A stretch of DNA of 56,763 bases, filler included, from Sphacelaria rigidula (lineage: Eukaryota): the NCBI GenBank assembly GCA_964200075.2. It is 6 parts of 6 records of this genome, joined end to end, with 100 filler letters (N's around TTAATTAATTAA, not from the genome) between each part and the next. Parts side by side here need not be neighbours in the genome. Positions count along the whole stretch, not along the records: positions 28,434 to 37,810 come from CAXNAA020008636.1; positions 37,911 to 47,287 come from CAXNAA020008637.1; 4 more parts are not named here. One strand, given 5' to 3'. Made by a program: the position numbers and the translations under genes. A model generated the notes under the pieces. It saw only the letters and a list, made by a program, of their open reading frames with translations, made no database searches and was not told where the DNA came from. Position 1 is the stretch's first letter, and each line of letters opens with the position of its first letter. Positions 35,501 to 47,387 of this stretch are shown in pieces.

Positions 35501-37609
35501 TTTTCGGAAGCTAACACCCACTCCCCCCGGTTTGCACCCTTAACAGTAACAGAAAGTGAAACAACTCATTGGAGGTTCATCATGTGCAAGATATTCAGTA
35601 GGCCTCGGGCCAAACAATCCTACCAGGATGCAGCTCACCATTCACGCGACTCGCCGCACACATCACGGTGCTTCGCGCTTGGTGATTGCAAGCCTGATCC
35701 GGTGAAAACCCGGCTTGCTCTGTCCCGCCTTTGTAAGGACACGAGGTCAGTGGTCTTATGACTACGGCACGCAAGATCATGCGTACACTTCCCCCGGCCC
35801 CCGTGGGAAATGACAAAAAAATAGGACAGGATTTCGTGAAACATCCTGAGCTCATGGCCGGTGTGTGCAAGGTCAGTCAGTTATCGAAGGTTCCCAACAG
35901 ACTGCACGCATTGACCGTATGTGTACCGTGCGCAGCGCCTGGCATCGCCCAACCAACGCAGCTGCAGTGTATATATACAGTGCAGGCAAAAAGATAGTTG
36001 TAACTGTCGAGCCCGTACGTGCTGGTGGTCATGCTTCAATATTTTCACATCTAATGTTGTTGTTGTTGTTGTCGCCGCCGTCTTCACACTAAAAGCCGTT
36101 CTGATGTCTAGGAAGTACTTCTCTTTCCGTACTGAGCATCTGATGCGGATGCCTTCAGTGGTTACAGGCTAACTGCCCAAAAGAGGGTACGGTATAAGGA
36201 AATAAAGAGAATAGAATACCTGAAACCCAGAAAAACCAACACAAACGCGATACAATTAAAACAATGGACAAATACTCCCCCATAAAATCCGATGCCGCAG
36301 GCGACCATTCGGACGCATGGAGATGAGAGCCCACCGCCCCCACTCGACACGCGAAGACAAGCCAAAACGAAAAAAAACACCCCGAAGAACGCGATAAGAT
36401 GGCGATGGTTCTATCCTTGAACCTTTTACTGAAGACGACGGGCATACACGAGACGAACAAAACAAGAAATATATCCATGCAAACGTGGCCGGATTCACTC
36501 ACGGTTCCACGTGGCAACGCCAACGAACTCGGTCTCTGCGGGCATCGGGCACTGCACGCCGGCAACCTGGTCGCAAAAGTCGAACTGGAACTCGCTGTAG
36601 ATGGCGCCTTCATTTTCGCTTTTTGGGCGTACCTGCACCAACCACATAGCGCGGGACACAAGACAGGGGTCGCGTTGAGCAGAGGCGACACTTGTCCTGC
36701 AGTAGTCGGCGGTTTAACTAATTAATTTTGAGGCATTCTGTGATTTCATCGTAATTGGTGATTTTCTTGGGTTCTTTTCGCTTGCCACTACTCCTCACAT
36801 TGGGGATCTGAAGATATTTGTATCCGCTACACCTTCCAAGAAAGAGAAAAAGAAAAGAAATAATCTGTACTCAATATTGGGTGACATACGGGCTGACCGG
36901 TCATCAAGGGTTTTGCGACGTTTCAGCCCAGATTCTTACTCTTCAGTATTTTCGGTCGATCGAGCCTGTCCCGATCATATTTCTAAAATAATGTACAGTT
37001 TCATTTTTTTGAAATTATGCCTACTCATTGCACTAGAGCCGAAAAACTGTCTTACACGGTCAATAACACCCTCCTGATGAAGGGCGTATTCACTTGTTTC
37101 GCCCGATAACACGAACTAGCACTGACTTGGGCACTGTGTTTTGAGGATGATCTGTTTATTGTACCAAAATCTACCGACGCTAGCAATTTCGAGTTCTATC
37201 GAGGAGTAGTACGCGAGGAAAACCTCAAAACCCCGCTGAACAGTTAGACCGCCCACTACTGTACGAAATACCCTCCTGTTCCATGTGATAATTATTTCCA
37301 CCTTGCCGCATTTCGACATAGCATAGATCGAAGAATCGAAACCACCTTCTTATCCCGCGCCCCTGCCGAATCTCATCGCGGGACTGTGCGCCAAAGATTG
37401 CTCGGAACGACCAACATGGGCTTCCCGAGAGCTGAAAGTTCTGAATGTCAAACGGGGAACACGAACACTTGATTACCTGCATCTTAACACTCCCGGGCGC
37501 GATGTAAGCCCTCGTTTTGCCCTTTATTTCCACGGACACCGGAGATCCCGACTCCAGAGCAGGTTCTAGTCCAGAGTAGTTGATCTGGTGCACAGAGTGA
37601 ATGCCCAGC
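29534..37609 (-). CDS. Partial gene encoding ML (MD-2/NPC2-like lipid-recognition)-like domain(s); 5' end lies beyond the linker
   Basis: Exons 37609-37477 (aaacag|..LGIHSVHQINYSGLEPALESGSPVSVEIKGKTRAYIAPGSVKMQ|gtaatc) and 36632-36503 (gtgcag|VRPKSENEGAIYSEFQFDFCDQVAGVQCPMPAETEFVGVATWN|gtgagt) join in frame and show the ML pattern with DFC..CP. Phase-compatible downstream exons: 32638-32557, 32384-32212 (..VSVHISF..AIRCDELTFLV) and possibly 29590-29534. Intervening exons are not resolved. Confidence 0.5.
30496..30575 (-). repeat. Dispersed ~75-bp repeat, short G-tract family
   Basis: tccgtctcgaaagggatgcgtcgtcaatggtcgaacgactaaggcaagcagcgaatgaatacgcccc is the reverse complement of 43365-43441 and has the same orientation as 53472-53548. 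Confidence 0.8.
31117..31633 (-). pseudogene. Decayed ALOG-domain ORF (N-terminus of a DIRS-type tyrosine recombinase), mobile-element remnant
   Basis: Joining frames across frameshifts at ~31597 and ~31392 gives CVCLGHSDGNYG/CQNCG..INELLLNERLAAF..RRKSVVANYSDRFM../GWENATPEQVVDYLTYKDSRGTSTKMVHVTSCQQIG..KRYA..KQSISKLRRAYAEIL..N*HEVER. This fits the ALOG pattern P..V..FL..D..G.T.VH...C...G..R.A..I.KLR. In-frame TGA at 31144-31146. Confidence 0.7.
33612..33657 (-). repeat. Fragment of the G-tract dispersed family
   Basis: Reverse complement ggggggagggggtgtactcatgatcatgcatgccatagtcat matches 33751-33795. Confidence 0.65.
33748..33968 (+). repeat. Dispersed repeat, long G-tract family (~220 bp)
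   Basis: Colinear with the reverse complement of 35590-35802, with 28434-28550, and partly with 47895-47945. Confidence 0.8.
35590..35802 (-). repeat. Dispersed repeat, long G-tract family (inverted relative to 33748-33968)
   Basis: Reverse complement reads gggggccgggggaagtgtacgcatgatcttgcgtgccgtagtcataagaccactgacctcg..caggcttgcaatcaccaagcgcgaagcaccgtgatgtg. Confidence 0.8.
36054..36108 (-). repeat. (CAA)n-tailed retroposon 3' end (SINE/RTE-LINE-like)
   Basis: (gtt)n..gtcttcacactaaaagccgttctgatgtct matches 56691-56742 (gtt)n gtcttcacattaaaaaccgttccgatatct. Confidence 0.6.
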
Positions 37610-37810
37610 CTGTTTTGACGCGACACGAGAGAGATGAAGTGCGGCGGCGAAGACAACAGCACAAACACAGTACAATATCGTTCAAGCAGTACGACGTGAG
37701 GGGGAAACGAGAATCACTAATATTTTCGGGGGGGGGGGGGGGGGGGTGGGGGAATAAATGGCGAAAGTTTCCCCCAGAAAATTTGGAAAAGTCGAAAGGG
37801 CTACACAGAA

Positions 37811-37910
37811 NNNNNNNNNNNNNNNNNNNNNNNNNNNNNNNNNNNNNNNNNNNNTTAATTAATTAANNNNNNNNNNNNNNNNNNNNNNNNNNNNNNNNNN
37901 NNNNNNNNNN
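37811..37910. other. Artificial linker (44N-TTAATTAATTAA-44N)
   Basis: Same linker. Confidence 0.97.
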
Positions 37911-39328
37911 AGTACAATAACATCACCGCCAAAACTTCGCCAATCGACCAGCGGCGGTGCCGTGCATCTACCGAGCTGGTCTGCAGTTCACAGCAATATG
38001 CTCAAGTCGAGCTGATTTGGTAAACTTAACGACTCATGGTTGGAGATGCAAATGCGGTACGTACTGCTGGGCCAGGATGAATCATGTTGTTTTGGTGCCG
38101 AAAACGTGCGGTCGAATCGAATTCTTTCGTTTCTGGTTCGTCCACGCTATTAATCTTCTCAGATGGTCAAGAACATGAATGCTGTGGACGTATCAGGTAC
38201 GAGCAAATTTGATTCCACAGTACGTTTGCTAGTCAAACACAATTTGATAAAACACGGCCTTAATATTAGCATTTTTTTTTCGATCGAAAAAATGAGGCGG
38301 TGGAATTGATTTGCGCGAAAATTTCTCGTTTTTTTTTATGCGGTTGGGTCCGGATGGATTTTCAAGCTTTCGATCGAAGAAAGCCAGCGGCATTCGTGAA
38401 ACGGTACACGGTCACTCGTGTACAGTACAGGCAATCTTGAGTGTGCACTGCTTGCAAGCAGGGTATCTTGAGTGCGTGTATGCGTGTTTCGTGCAGGAGG
38501 ATATAAAGGAGAAGCGGACAACGTGCAGTGCAGACAGCCCAGGACCAGCAGTCGTCTCTGCTTTCAATGTGACCGGAAAAGGACTTCAGCAAAGTGCAGC
38601 TTCGTACCGCCTGCACTGTCCATGAGCGTGCACGCAACTCGATTGCCCACCGTACTATACTGTTCCGTCGCTGATGCCCACCATGAGAGAACATGTGCAA
38701 GTTTTCGCCAAGAAAAACAAACAAAGCACACCAGACTACTTCGATGTGTCTGTATCCCTATATGCTCAACTCGTGCTCTATGCTGTAGGGTTGCGATGGT
38801 GGCTGAGAATGAGTTGGATGAAGTTTCCGTGGTCCTGTGAACAGGTGTTACTTGGCGTGGTGATCTGTGAGATGGGAGTCAGTGCCGCTTCGTGCCTTCG
38901 ACGGCATGTTTTCGGTCGAAAACGATTGCTTTCTACCTCGTTGCATTCTCCTCCGCGCGCCGCTAGTGGTGATTTTGAGTTCAGCCCTTCAGGAACATCA
39001 ATGCAGTGAACCTATGAGATCGGCAAACAAAAATTCGACCGCACTTTTTCGATCGAAAAAAAAAGTGCGAAGACACGCGCCCTAAGTTTGAGTTGAAGCC
39101 TTCAAGGAACATAAATGCGGTGGACCCATGAGATCAGCAAAACAAAATCGACCGCACTTTTTCGGTCGAGAATAATCGTGCTAAGACACGCTCAAAGACA
39201 CGACCTGGAGACGCGGCCTGACTACAAAATGCGAAAAAAAAAACATGATCCAAAACTCTAGTATGTTTCCGTGGTTTTAATTGGTCCATGTCTCCCCGCT
39301 GTATTCGATGACGAGTTTCCACACAGCC

Positions 39329-39506
39329 AGGAGTTTTTCGTGTGTGTGCTCAGCAGGTTTTGTGTTTGATGTCGAGGAGTTCTTGTGTTAGTATGTTGAG
39401 GAGCTCTTGCATTTGTGTGTCAAGAGTTTCTTCGTGTGTGTACTTGCTCAGGAGTTCTTCTGTTTATGTGTTGAGGAGTTCTTTTGTTTGTGTGTTGGGA
39501 GTTCTC
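39329..39506. repeat. Degenerate ~24-bp minisatellite, about 7 copies
   Basis: Unit approximates aggagttcttgtgtttgtgtgttg. Confidence 0.75.
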
Positions 39507-41488
39507 ATGTTTTCTATTGTTGGGAGGAGGCTCCCCCCGGTTCTCACTTCCCACTTCCACCACTCCGATCCTCAATTCGACTTCAGCTTCTCCTCTCCAT
39601 AAAGCTTGCACCGTCTCCCCGTGGAAGAGAAATACTACAAGCCTCACATACAAGCTTCACTCTGGTGTAGGACTGCACCACGGGCATATCCCTCGCGGGT
39701 TTCCACTGAGGTGCGACCACTGTATGGTGTAGATACTCTCGTAGATGCATATTCCCCACAGCCAGGGTACACGGGTGAGCGAGAGGCGAGGGCACGTCGA
39801 TAGTTACAGGAGGGTAAACGAGTAGATGATCCAAAGCACACTGCAGCCCAAAGAAGTAGTTGAGTTGCCTCTTTTCGCTGAGTGCTGAACGCCGCATGGC
39901 TCGTAGGCTCGTTGTGTAGCTGTATCTGAGGTCAGAATGGTCGTGCGTCCGTGCACGTATATCTCGAACGTTGTGGTACGATTTCGTCACGTGGTGATGC
40001 CCAGCATCATGAAGCGAACCTTGACCACATGTGGGAGACAGGTTCTCACGAGGTAGGCATACCATGAGCGAAGCTGTTGCAGGGGATGCATAAAGTACAC
40101 AATAATATCTGTGATCGACAATCACAGGGTGAGCCGATAATACCCCCTAAGCACGCGGTCCTCCCACGCATTACAAAAGGTACGTATCCAGTCTTTTAAC
40201 ATATACTTCTAGCTTGCACCTCAGTAGCTCTCCTGAGTAGCTATGAATAAATGCGCTACGTAATGGTAGGATGTGGTCAAGATGAGCACGCATTCTCAGC
40301 CAGACCAGACTCTGACCTAAAATATGTTTACCAGGAGGGTACACTGTGGGGGAAGTTATAACAACATCTCATGTCGACGATGTAGTGAACATATCGACAG
40401 CCGAGCATGTAGTGCAATGTATAAAGAAAACTGCGGTGTCATTGCCAACAGATCGCTCCTAGAAGGATGGGACTATCGTCGACAAAAACACGCCCAGAAT
40501 GTCCCCACTGTGTACGTTCAAATTGGTGTTCATATTTCAGACGAAATGTGACGAAGGAAATGCACGCTACGGTCGACCTAGTCACAACAACGTTTTCACG
40601 ATTGATTCCCCAAATTTTATGTTGCCTGCAGATACGTGCACCCTCCTCAATACCTTAAGGGTAGGGTTAGAAAAAGGGTACACGAAAAACAAATCTACAC
40701 CTCAGAACCCAGTTCTTATTTTGAACATCTCAGTGGAGGTTATACCGTCTTGTATGCCGCAGTCCTATGATCAGTTGCGGCCGGGGGGGGGGCGGGGGGG
40801 TGTACTCATGCGGGGGGGGACGGGGACAGGGAGGGGGTTGATATATCACCTTCCCCCTCTCCCCTCAAACGCCATAAAAACTCCTTCATGACTAATGCCG
40901 AGATAGCCCCCCCACAAAACGTGCACGGGAGACCGTCCGACAAACCGGCTGCGATCCCACTTTTGGGCTCATTTGCAGCAATACCGCCCACATGAAAGGC
41001 TTGCAGCAGTCTGAAATCAGCTATAACGCCAAATAAGTCGCGTCATGGAACACGAAACCAGCTCTAACGGCAGTTATGATCATCGCCTCCGCGCACATTT
41101 TTGGCCGGTTTGGGGGGGGCTTTCTCGGCAGCAGTCTTATCTTATGACGTGTTCTCACGCGGTGCTGAGTCAATGTGTACCCATCGACGTTTGCGAACGG
41201 GTCAAACTATGTTCCAACTGCCCTGCCTTTAATACTCTCGGCATGAGTACTGTCTAAGGCAAGAAAGAGGACCTGCACGCAAACTTATCCCACTCGGGAA
41301 ATAATGACAGTTTCGAAGGACCACCACTCAGACGGGCATCACTCAGATCCTCCCGAACCTCCAGCACTCCATTAGATTTTACATAAAACTGCAAAAGCTT
41401 TGCATCCGGTTGCGATAACACTCGATCCACCCGCCGCATCCCTCTTGTCTGTCGGTGCACATATCGGCAATCCTTCGTTGCAGAGATC

Positions 41489-44400
41489 ATGTTTATCATT
41501 GCACTTCTTCTCTCCTGCGGGATGGCGCACGCTCAGTCTTACGACAGGATTCGCGTAAAGCCGTTTGACAGGACGTTTAGGGTGGACTCATACCCTGAAG
41601 ATGAAGACAGGCCCTACCGAGTGGTGTTCTACGACGACGGGATCAAGTCCAGGTACAGGTTTAACGACGAAGGGCTTGTGAGGGCGATATACGTGGAGGA
41701 CGAGCAGTTTTCCGTGCTCTACACTTCCAGGAACGAGCTGAAAAGGGTCGAGGAAAGGGAGAGGAGAAATACGCTCGCTATAGATGGGGAAGATAACGAG
41801 GAGCGCTTGCGCACTTGCGCCGAGTGTACCGCAACATGGACCTTGATGTGCGGCGTAGGTGCGTTAGGTATTGTCACGACTCCGTGGGCCACAAGCGCGC
41901 TCTCTCCGAATCCTTGCTTACTCGTTAATGTCACGCTGAATCAGCGTGGGAGAGCTGTTAAGCCCCAAGAGAGGTGTGAAGCGTGTACAAGTGTAGACAA
42001 TGGCAGTCACGCGGAGCAGCTACTATGTATGCGCATTGCTCCTTCGAAGTGTTGCGGAGAATTTCACGGTCGAGAATGCACTAGTGTAATTTTATGGCAA
42101 TCCGCTATCGTACTGCAAACACGTAGCGTCCTCATATATCGCTCTGATTTACAAATATATCGTATTTGTTCTATGTGTTTTGTCTGTGTGTCTCTTCGTT
42201 CCTAGTCTTTCTTCATACGTTCTTCCTGTTTGTTGTCTGCACTCTTTTTCGGCGCGTATTCCCGCTACGTTCACGCCGAGTGTGTCTAATTGCTGACCGC
42301 GGCTGAGTCCCTTCAGGATTACCTAGTGTCCGAGAATCAATTACTCCATCAATAATTATATCACGACAATTGCGTAACACCACTCAGCAGTTACCGCTTG
42401 AGACGGCAGGAAAAAAATTGCCAGGTAACCCATAAGTATTGTATATATATCGTATTTCTGTACAACGAGCGTAGATACAAATGTGCACGCTTGACAAGAA
42501 TACCCCGTCGACTGAAACTATAATAGAACCTCGCTTCGAAAACCTCAATCGATTGAACCTCGGGCGTACATGAAGATGAAATGTACGTCATGCACGGAGC
42601 AAGGGTCTTGGCACGCCCAGTTACACTCCTACTTTCGTTTCGTTGCGATATCATTCAGGTTTGGACTCCGTATGCGATTTGGTTGGTCACGGCGATCCCC
42701 TCACGGAAGATGACGTCGTTGAGTCAATCAACATCATGTGCACCGAATTCGCAGCGGTGTGTGACGCCATGACGGCTACTCAGGCCTGCTCAGAGGAATG
42801 CGAGACAGGTGAATCATCCAGTTAGGGTACACCGTGTAATACAATGCGTACAATTTCGCAGCAGGGGCGGTTGCTTCATGAGCACGACACCAAGCTTGTT
42901 GTACGTGGCCGCTCGAGAACGATGCAGCGATGATGGCTACCGTCCGATCTTTAATCTAACCTCGTATTGCATGATTGTTGTAGATACGGTTTCCTTCTTG
43001 AAAAGTATAATGTAACACAAAAGGGGAGCAGAAGTCGAGAGACTACGGTTTGTGTTGTATATCATGTGCACCACCAGCACCGTTTGGAGCTTTGTCTTGG
43101 CATGCGACCCGCCAAGGTACCGTTTCAAAGGCAACTATTTCTCGACCTCGTTTCTTCCCTTTCTCAAGCTTCGAATCCGTTGATGTCTATAATCAACCCA
43201 TCTGTAATGTGTGAGAGGACCGCGTGCTTGAGGGACCGCATCGCAGTTCAAACCACCTCAGGATCGATATTTTCTAAACCAATCAGCCCAGTCCCTGCAG
43301 GGACCACGCCCTTGACCCCAACCCTAACCCCAGCCAAAACCATAACCCTAGTCATGACGCATGGTGGGGGGGGGGGCGTACTCATTTGTTGCTTGCCTTA
43401 GTTGTGTGACCATTGACCACGCATCCCTTTCGAGACGGAGCACCATTCCTTAGTTGGGGGCTATTTCGAGCCGCTTCATGCGCGAAGGAACCACCTAGAA
43501 AAGTCAGCACAGGCAACAAAGGTCATTTGAATGCGCGTGGTATCAAAGTATCAACACTATTGACACCGCTTGACAGAGGTTCCACCACACACGACACAGC
43601 ACAGCTCACCAACGAATACACCGGCACCAACTACAAGCTCCAAGCTCAGACGTTGGTATGTCCACGGGTGATGGAGTGGTAGCTGTGCACTCAAAGAAAA
43701 AAAGTGACGGGCAGAGGTGACGAAATGCGGTGCTTAGCCCTTCCTGAAACTAGTGCTTCACATGGCTAAGGGCTAAGCAACACACAGCCTAATTCATCTA
43801 GCTCATAGGGGCGAGAATTCGTTCAAAATCGATAATTGTTCATCTTGAAGCTGACGGAATTGTCAAGAACCCGTTCATTGTATGGTATTTGATATATCTA
43901 TATCCGATAGCTATTTTGAGATGGTGGCTACTGGTGGTATACTTGTGTGTAGTGACGTGATTTGGACGCTCGAGGATTAAACAATTCTGACTACTCTACT
44001 CTAAGCGCCGATCACGAAGCGCTCTCCCAGCTCTCGGTGTGAACAAGCATAATGAGTATTCTTGTCGTCAAGGGTACCTCGCAGTCCGCAGAATGGCGTT
44101 GAAATCGGATGATACACGGTAACCCGGTACCGGGCTTAAAATAACAACCTGAAACGTACCGAGCCCCCCTTCGAAATGAAGCGGTTTGCGAGTCATGCCG
44201 CCAATAGAAGCGTGCAACAATCGGGTGTTTAACGGCGCATTCTGGCGTGCTGACTAGGCAGTACATGAACATTGCACGACCTTCATCCTCCTCAAGTGAC
44301 TTGTTCCGGCTGTCGATCGTCTCACACTAACTTCGGCTCCCATCGTCGCCCTCACCACTGTCGATCTTTCACCCGCCGAAAAGTGTCACCTGTAGGTGAG

Positions 44401-44870
44401 ACGTCGGAACCCGCTGCCACAACGCTTACGACAGCCGGTGAGTACTATTCTTCGCGTGCCATTGTTGTGTATTGGCTCTGTCAGAAACTTATGGGCAAGG
44501 CATAGTTTACGTTCATTTTGTATTACACTCTACTACAGTAGTCGAGGTCTGTGCAGAAAACACGATGCCTCCTCTCTTTTGTGCGAATGCAGCGACTTTT
44601 CGAGCCTTGGATATTCCGAACTCACCGTGGGAATTGCTAACGTTCCCCGAAAACCGTTCCTAACCGCCGCAATGACAGCGGGCATGTGCGACGGTGAGAT
44701 CGAGGGTATTCAGGACAAGGACATCTGCTGCTCGCTGGGGTGCGGACAGTGCGGCGGCTCCGGCTGCTCTAGCGCCGGTGGCCTCACCGCCGATGAGTGC
44801 TGCACGACCACCATCGAGGACTCCGGCGTCGTGTGCGGCGAGGACGTCGGCGCCCCTTGCATTCTCAGTG
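41489..44870 (+). CDS. Secreted Cys-rich modular protein (signal peptide, charged domain, 8-Cys module, Thr linker, 10-Cys module); 3' end unresolved
   Basis: Exons 41489-41858 (MFIIALLLSCGMAHA-QSYD..CAECTATWTLMCGV G|gtgcgt), 42659-42808 (attcag|..LDSVCDL..QACSEECET G|gtgaat), 44396-44437 (ctgtag|..ETSEPAATTLTTA G|gtgagt), 44679-44870 (gacag|..GMCDGEIEGIQDKDICCSLGCGQCGGSGC..ECC..VC..APCILS G|gtgaga). All introns are phase 1, and the exons show strong GC3 bias. Confidence 0.8.
43365..43441 (+). repeat. Dispersed ~75-bp repeat, short G-tract family
   Basis: Gn-cgtactcatttgttgcttgccttagttgtgtgaccattgaccacgcatccctttcgagacggagc; copies at 30496 and 53472. Confidence 0.8.
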
Positions 44871-45876
44871 GTGAGACTGTCTTGCGGTGCTGTGGGTATC
44901 AAGTGGAGCACATGAAACCACACACTCCAAACAAGTCCAGTATGACAACGACAATGTCGAGCCCTCGTTCATTAGTTGCGGTACCAATAGTGACGGCGCA
45001 AGTTGTAGTAGAGATGGCACCAGTATTATCTTGATGCGTCCGAGTAGCGTCCGAGTACCTTTGGTTCGGTCACAACCTCGACCTCACACACTGCACGAGT
45101 TCGTACGAGGAATATCGGAAATTACTGGCTACCTACCCAGGTTGGCTCTGATTCACACCGCTTGCAATATCCTCGGATAGGGGTTCGGACTTGTCATGGA
45201 CCACGGAGTATTCCGCCGACGGAAAAGTATACAAACAGCACAATAGACCACGGTCTCGCACTATCTCGGATTATTGTTCTCGGATGTCGACGTCCGTCTA
45301 GGGACTGGATATCTCGGACGGTCAGCTCATATGAACATCCGTCTTTCAGATTGATACCCGTACACCAAGTTGACATCCATATCACAAAGGGCATACATAC
45401 GTCAGGTCGACACCCCACATCTATGTGATACCCCAGACGGGCATCCGGGAAATACATTGATGTTTTAACCGGACGTTTCAAATAGATATGAAGCCCCCAC
45501 ACTGATATTCTAGACGAATATAGTAGCGCGGATAGATGTTGCACGGTGCAAGGCTCCCGAGGGAACGGCTCCGAACATCTCACGTCAGAATGAACAGCAG
45601 TCGCAACATGCATAGGGAATGGAGTGTCTGCGCTGTTGGCCCGACGAAACAAAAAGCTGGTAGACAAAGCGACAATCCAATGTGGAATACGTGAAAGACA
45701 AAAAGGCAGGGCGAACAGACTCCATGAGCCATCGTCGTTTCTAGTTTGGCTCGACAATCATGTTGGTGAAGAGTACCTGAATATTGCAGCAGGTAGCGTC
45801 GCGCTCGACGTACAAAATGCCGAATCACAATACACCGATCTACTGCGTCCCACACTTGACGTGACGTTGTACATCG

Positions 45877-45914
<38 letters not shown>

Positions 45915-47287
45915 CGGCTCCTGTCTGACACGCTCCCTCTCAAAGAGCAGAAAAAGAAAAAACAAAAAAAAAANNNNNNNNNNAAACCCAGCTGCCCCGC
46001 CTCCCTTCGCCCCCCCTTTCCGTCACGTTTTCGCCCCCCCCCCCCCCCCCCCCCGTGTTTTGGCTTGTCCGGTACAGTTTAACCATGCATCGGAGCGATA
46101 TCTTCACCCGCTTTACCAGGGAATCGGGCGGCTGACAGAGCGTTCGCATCAGCATCGGTGTCTGTTCGAAAATTGACACCCAGCTCATAGTCTGGGTGTA
46201 TTTTCCATATTCTCAGTTTTGACTTCATAATAGATAGTGGTACAACCTGTTGCGGTTCAATGACACTATATATCATGCAATACGATTTCATTCGTATCTT
46301 TAATATAAGATATCTTTACACGTGTAGCCATATAGACACGTAGGATAGTACAGTGACAAGGAGTGTGCTGCCATGGTTCGTTTTACAGTAGTGTCCTGTA
46401 TCAAGGTAGCTAGGTAACGTAGCTTGCAGTAGGTCTAGTCTGCAAGCTGGAAAAACTGACACGTCAGAAGCGTTGAATTGAGGATACGATTTAATCTCAC
46501 GTACGTATAGGGAATCTGGTTTTTGTTCCAGGTCTGAGGATGCTTGGCGTCGGTCACCTCCACCGCCCATGCACCCACTCTCCTTCGTTTCCCCAGCTCT
46601 CTGCATTTCAAAGGAGGCTGCTGATATTAATCGGCCAAGTGACGAGCCCCAAACACCATGTGTCTTTTCCATCTTCTGCTGCAGAAGCAAGTGGTCTAAC
46701 CACCACGGTTCAACCTCTACCATATACTACTGTCTGCGTGACGGTAGTCGGTCTGTCTCGAGGACAGCACTGCACAACACGAGCCAATATTTTCAACAGT
46801 GTAATGAAGCCGCTGCAGAGAGGAAGATTAGCGAGCGCGACCTACTTGGATGGCTTCCCACCCACAGATTTTCCACCCAAATTGATTACACCGCACCGAG
46901 CAGTCCTTTTGCCTGATCGACTCCACGTTGTCTCCAGCGGATGATTAGCGACGATTCCGCGAAAGCTGCGCAAAAACTGCGGTGTCCATTGGTTTTATAT
47001 ATGGAATTGTGGAACAAGTACTGCCAAGTTGTGTTCCGATGTCGAAGCAAAATCCTATTACGAGCCGCAGTTTCAAACATAGAGGTGTATACGGCATCAT
47101 CTTTATACGAAAATTGGTGCATGGCAAGGATGTTTTAGGCATCAGTACATCATCCGAAAGCCAGAATGCGGATTTCGGCAGGGACGCTGGATGAGAAATC
47201 GTGTGAGTTGAAAACTATTTGTGAGCAATGCTACGGTAGGGGTGCACTTTTTTCGCGAAATTATGTCTGGTTCAGAGGCTCCTAACG

Positions 47288-47387
47288 NNNNNNNNNNNNN
47301 NNNNNNNNNNNNNNNNNNNNNNNNNNNNNNNTTAATTAATTAANNNNNNNNNNNNNNNNNNNNNNNNNNNNNNNNNNNNNNNNNNNN
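47288..47387. other. Artificial linker (44N-TTAATTAATTAA-44N)
   Basis: Same linker. Confidence 0.97.
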
